This document shows positions 33,569 through 36,234 of a stretch of DNA of 36,234 nucleotides, piece by piece; position 1 is the stretch's first letter; each line of letters begins with the position of its first letter. The DNA comes from Spirogloea muscicola. Taxonomy: Eukaryota. The notes under the pieces are model-generated. The model made no database searches. It was given only the letters and a program-made list of their open reading frames with translations, and was not told where the DNA came from. A program made the position numbers and the translations under genes. The stretch lies in contig WELB01000008.1 in the NCBI GenBank assembly GCA_009602725.1, positions 489,300-525,533 of the forward strand. The letters run 5' to 3'.

Positions 33569-36179
33569 TCATCGCGAAGGATCTCCGTCAGACAGAATAT
33601 CATCCAGTAGTGGCCGCTCAAGCTCTCCACCAAACACAGGCCTCAGATAGTTGTGGTCCACCCATCTAAAAGTGCCGTGAAACCCATCAGAGGACGGCCT
33701 ATGCTCGGAAGACCGGTCGGAGAGGTCCGGCTCGCTCTTCTCGTTTGCCAGCTCCAACAACCGCTGGCTCTGTGCCGACCTGCTTGTCGCCAGGCCCTGG
33801 ACCAGCCCGAGGCTGCGCACGAGTGGCCCAGTGGCCCCACCAAAGATCAACGTCGTTGTCACCACAATGTACAGTGTCGTCGTCTCCAATGCCAGATTCT
33901 CGGACGGCATGTTGATTGCCAGTGCATACGCGATCGCACCGCGAAGCCCCGAGACCCACATCACAAGCTTCATGCTGTTGCTTATTTTTCTTGACCTGCA
34001 CGGTGACTTTTACTTCTCAGTCGAGTAGCGCGGCAGAGCAGAGTCCACAAGACATAGGAGTCATGAGATGATCTTCCACGTGGTCAGCACCTCTGCTGAC
34101 AGTGTCACAGCGGCACACTTCGCTTTGTGACCTGACACCGCCACAGGGATCCAGACCCACCTGCCTTTGTTGGCCAACCAGGCAAGAGGGTAGATGTTGA
34201 GGGCTCTCGAGAGAAGACAAAGCGGAAGTGCCGAGATAAGGAGGCCAAAGTCTGCCTCATGCTCCATGATGACGACCTGCATGCCCAGGTACGCGTAGAC
34301 GAAGATCTCCGCGGTGTAGGCCAGCGCCTCAAATGCATGCTTGGTGCTGACACGGCTCGCCTCGGAGATATTGTGGTAGCTGTAGTGTGCTCCGCAGATG
34401 CCACAGAAAAAGAGCGCCATGATGCCCGAGAGGCCCAGCACCTCTGCAACAGAATATGAGATGTACGCCGAGAGGAGGATGAAGGCAAGCTCGAAGCGTG
34501 CGTATTCGGTGTCGCTGTCCACCTGCTTCAGGAGGAAGGCGAAGGCGAGAGACACCAGAATGCCCAGGAGAATGGACCCGACTGTGATGACGCAGAACCA
34601 TCCTGGAGGCGAGATGAAGACAAGTGGAGAATAAGAAAGAAATGTCGAAGTAAACTGGCCATGGTGGTTTGCCCCTGTAACAGTAAGTGCTACATTGCGT
34701 GAGACAACTCATACTCAGCATATAACAATGACAACATGAGGTCTCTCCTATCATGCCACACGATGACTGCCATGATGCACATCTGCTTGGTTTGCAAGAA
34801 GGGTCTCATTGAACGCCCCAGGTCCCCAGACTTCAGGTCCAGAGACGCAGCACTGACCTATGGCGAGGAATATGGTGCCCATGGAGAACTCTTTACCGAC
34901 AAATGACTCCTGTAGGTGGAGGACCCACCCCAACATGCCTTACACTCATGTCAGCCAGACCCGTGTGCACGCAGTGGGAGGTGCATGCGACGTGCACAGA
35001 ATGGTCTCGGTCTAGTCTGCAGCAATTTGGAGTCTCTTCCTGGGAGCTACCGTAAAGAAGCAAGTCCTTGCTTTTGGATCCTAGACCATGACGCCTGCAC
35101 CGGTTTGAGAGCACAAAACCTCACAAAGGTGCGGAAGAGGACAATAGAGACGGCATCGTTGACCAGGCTCTCGCCAAACACCAGGTTGTAGAGGAGCGGC
35201 GGCGCTTGGACATCTGTGAGAAAGGCGAGAGTGAGCATGGGTGGCAATGTTCAGCAAGCGTGCCTCCATCAGCATCCTAAACTGCAAACACGGTGGTTGA
35301 CATTTCCAGTGCGTCGAGCACGATACAAATATCCACCTTCACTCTTGAGAAGTAATTGTTGTCCTCAGTGTCACCTTGGAAGATGGAGAGGGTGCCGACG
35401 GGGTCGATGGCCGAGACGAGGGACCCGAACATGAGGCTCTCGAGCAGCGGCGAGCGCGGCGAGAGGTGCGTGACGAGGCCGGCCTCGAAGAGCAGGTACG
35501 TGGCGAGGCCGTAGCAGAGCGTCGAGATGATGGTGCCCACGACCGCAAAGAGGATGATGGTCGTGAAGTTGCGGAAGAAGTCCTGCGGCAGAGCCGCCAC
35601 CGCGCAGCGTCGGCCGAACGCCGGCCGAGGCAGGCCGCAGCAGCGGCTGCGCTGGCGGTGGCGGACACAAAACTTCTTCATGAGGGCATAACCGGCATTG
35701 AAGGCATGATTGGATGTTGGATTTGGATAATTGGCAAACCTTCTTCTTGAGGGCGTAGCCGGCGTTGAAGATGATGATGGGGAGGAGGGCGTAGAAGAAG
35801 AGGGCGGAGTCGAAGCTGAGGTCCACGTCGGCGCCCAGCGCCGTCGTCATGCCGCCCACCGCCATGCCCAGCAGCATTGCGCTCGCTGCCGTCGCGTCAA
35901 GGTGGGGCATAGCGCCCGTCAGAGGAAACCCTAAATCCTGAACCCCAAACCCTAAACCTGAATCTGAAATGCTAGCGTGGAGGGCACCGCCCTGACGCTG
36001 CGGCGAGGATGTGGCGCAGCCGATGGCACAGCTGGCGCCGCCGGCGCCGCCAGCGCACCTGACTCTGGGAGGTAGACGAAGGCGCACTTCTTGGTGACAT
36101 ACGCCACGACGAGCGCGACGACCATGAGGAAGGAGCAGACGAGCGCCGCCGCCGGCGCACCCTGCTGCTGGCCCGCCAT
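33569..36179 (-). CDS. NHX: CPA1 Na+/H+ exchanger (endosomal NHX5/6- or NHE8-like), multi-exon
   Basis: YLPES, FFYALLPIIIFNAGY, FFRNFTTIILFAVVGT, FGSLVSAIDPVGTLSIF, LVFGESLVNDAVSIVLF, LSGIMALFFCGI, AEIFVYAYLG, WVSGLRGAIAYALA. Confidence 0.93.
35926..35970 (+). repeat. Degenerate AAACCCT tract in NHX intron 1
   Basis: aaaccctaaatcctgaaccccaaaccctaaacctgaatctgaaat. Confidence 0.7.
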
Positions 36180-36234
36180 GCCGGCGGCGGCGGCAGCGGC
36201 GGGGTGCAGGCGCTCCGCACGAATCGACACCGCC

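Overview
Eukaryotic, intron-rich nuclear DNA from a green plant lineage. A streptophyte alga such as a zygnematophyte is inferred from a plastid MurF alongside land-plant-type genes, short GT-AG introns, GC-rich islands at gene starts and TTTAGGG-like tracts. Splicing by eye gives 11 genes. Eight are larger: RETICULATA-related (+), an EGY-like M50 protein lacking HExxH (-), MurF (-), a DExH3/5-type RNA helicase (+), YceD/DUF177 (-), homocysteine S-methyltransferase (-), a Rubisco-LSMT-type SET protein (+) and an NHX Na+/H+ exchanger (-). Three are small multi-exon genes the ORF track does not assemble: an ASDURF/prefoldin-like ORF, TAXIMIN and a 76-aa membrane microprotein. The main observation is two candidate bicistronic loci (ASDURF-like -> YceD; microprotein -> SET). 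In each, a small spliced ORF sits in the GC-rich promoter island and a candidate splice donor lies 29 nt after its stop codon, leading to a downstream main ORF without its own island. Also present: three 3'-end relics of one non-LTR retroelement (DLYVLTRG terminus), a short dispersed intergenic repeat, degenerate telomere tracts and two assembly gaps. All family assignments are from recalled motifs; no searches were run.
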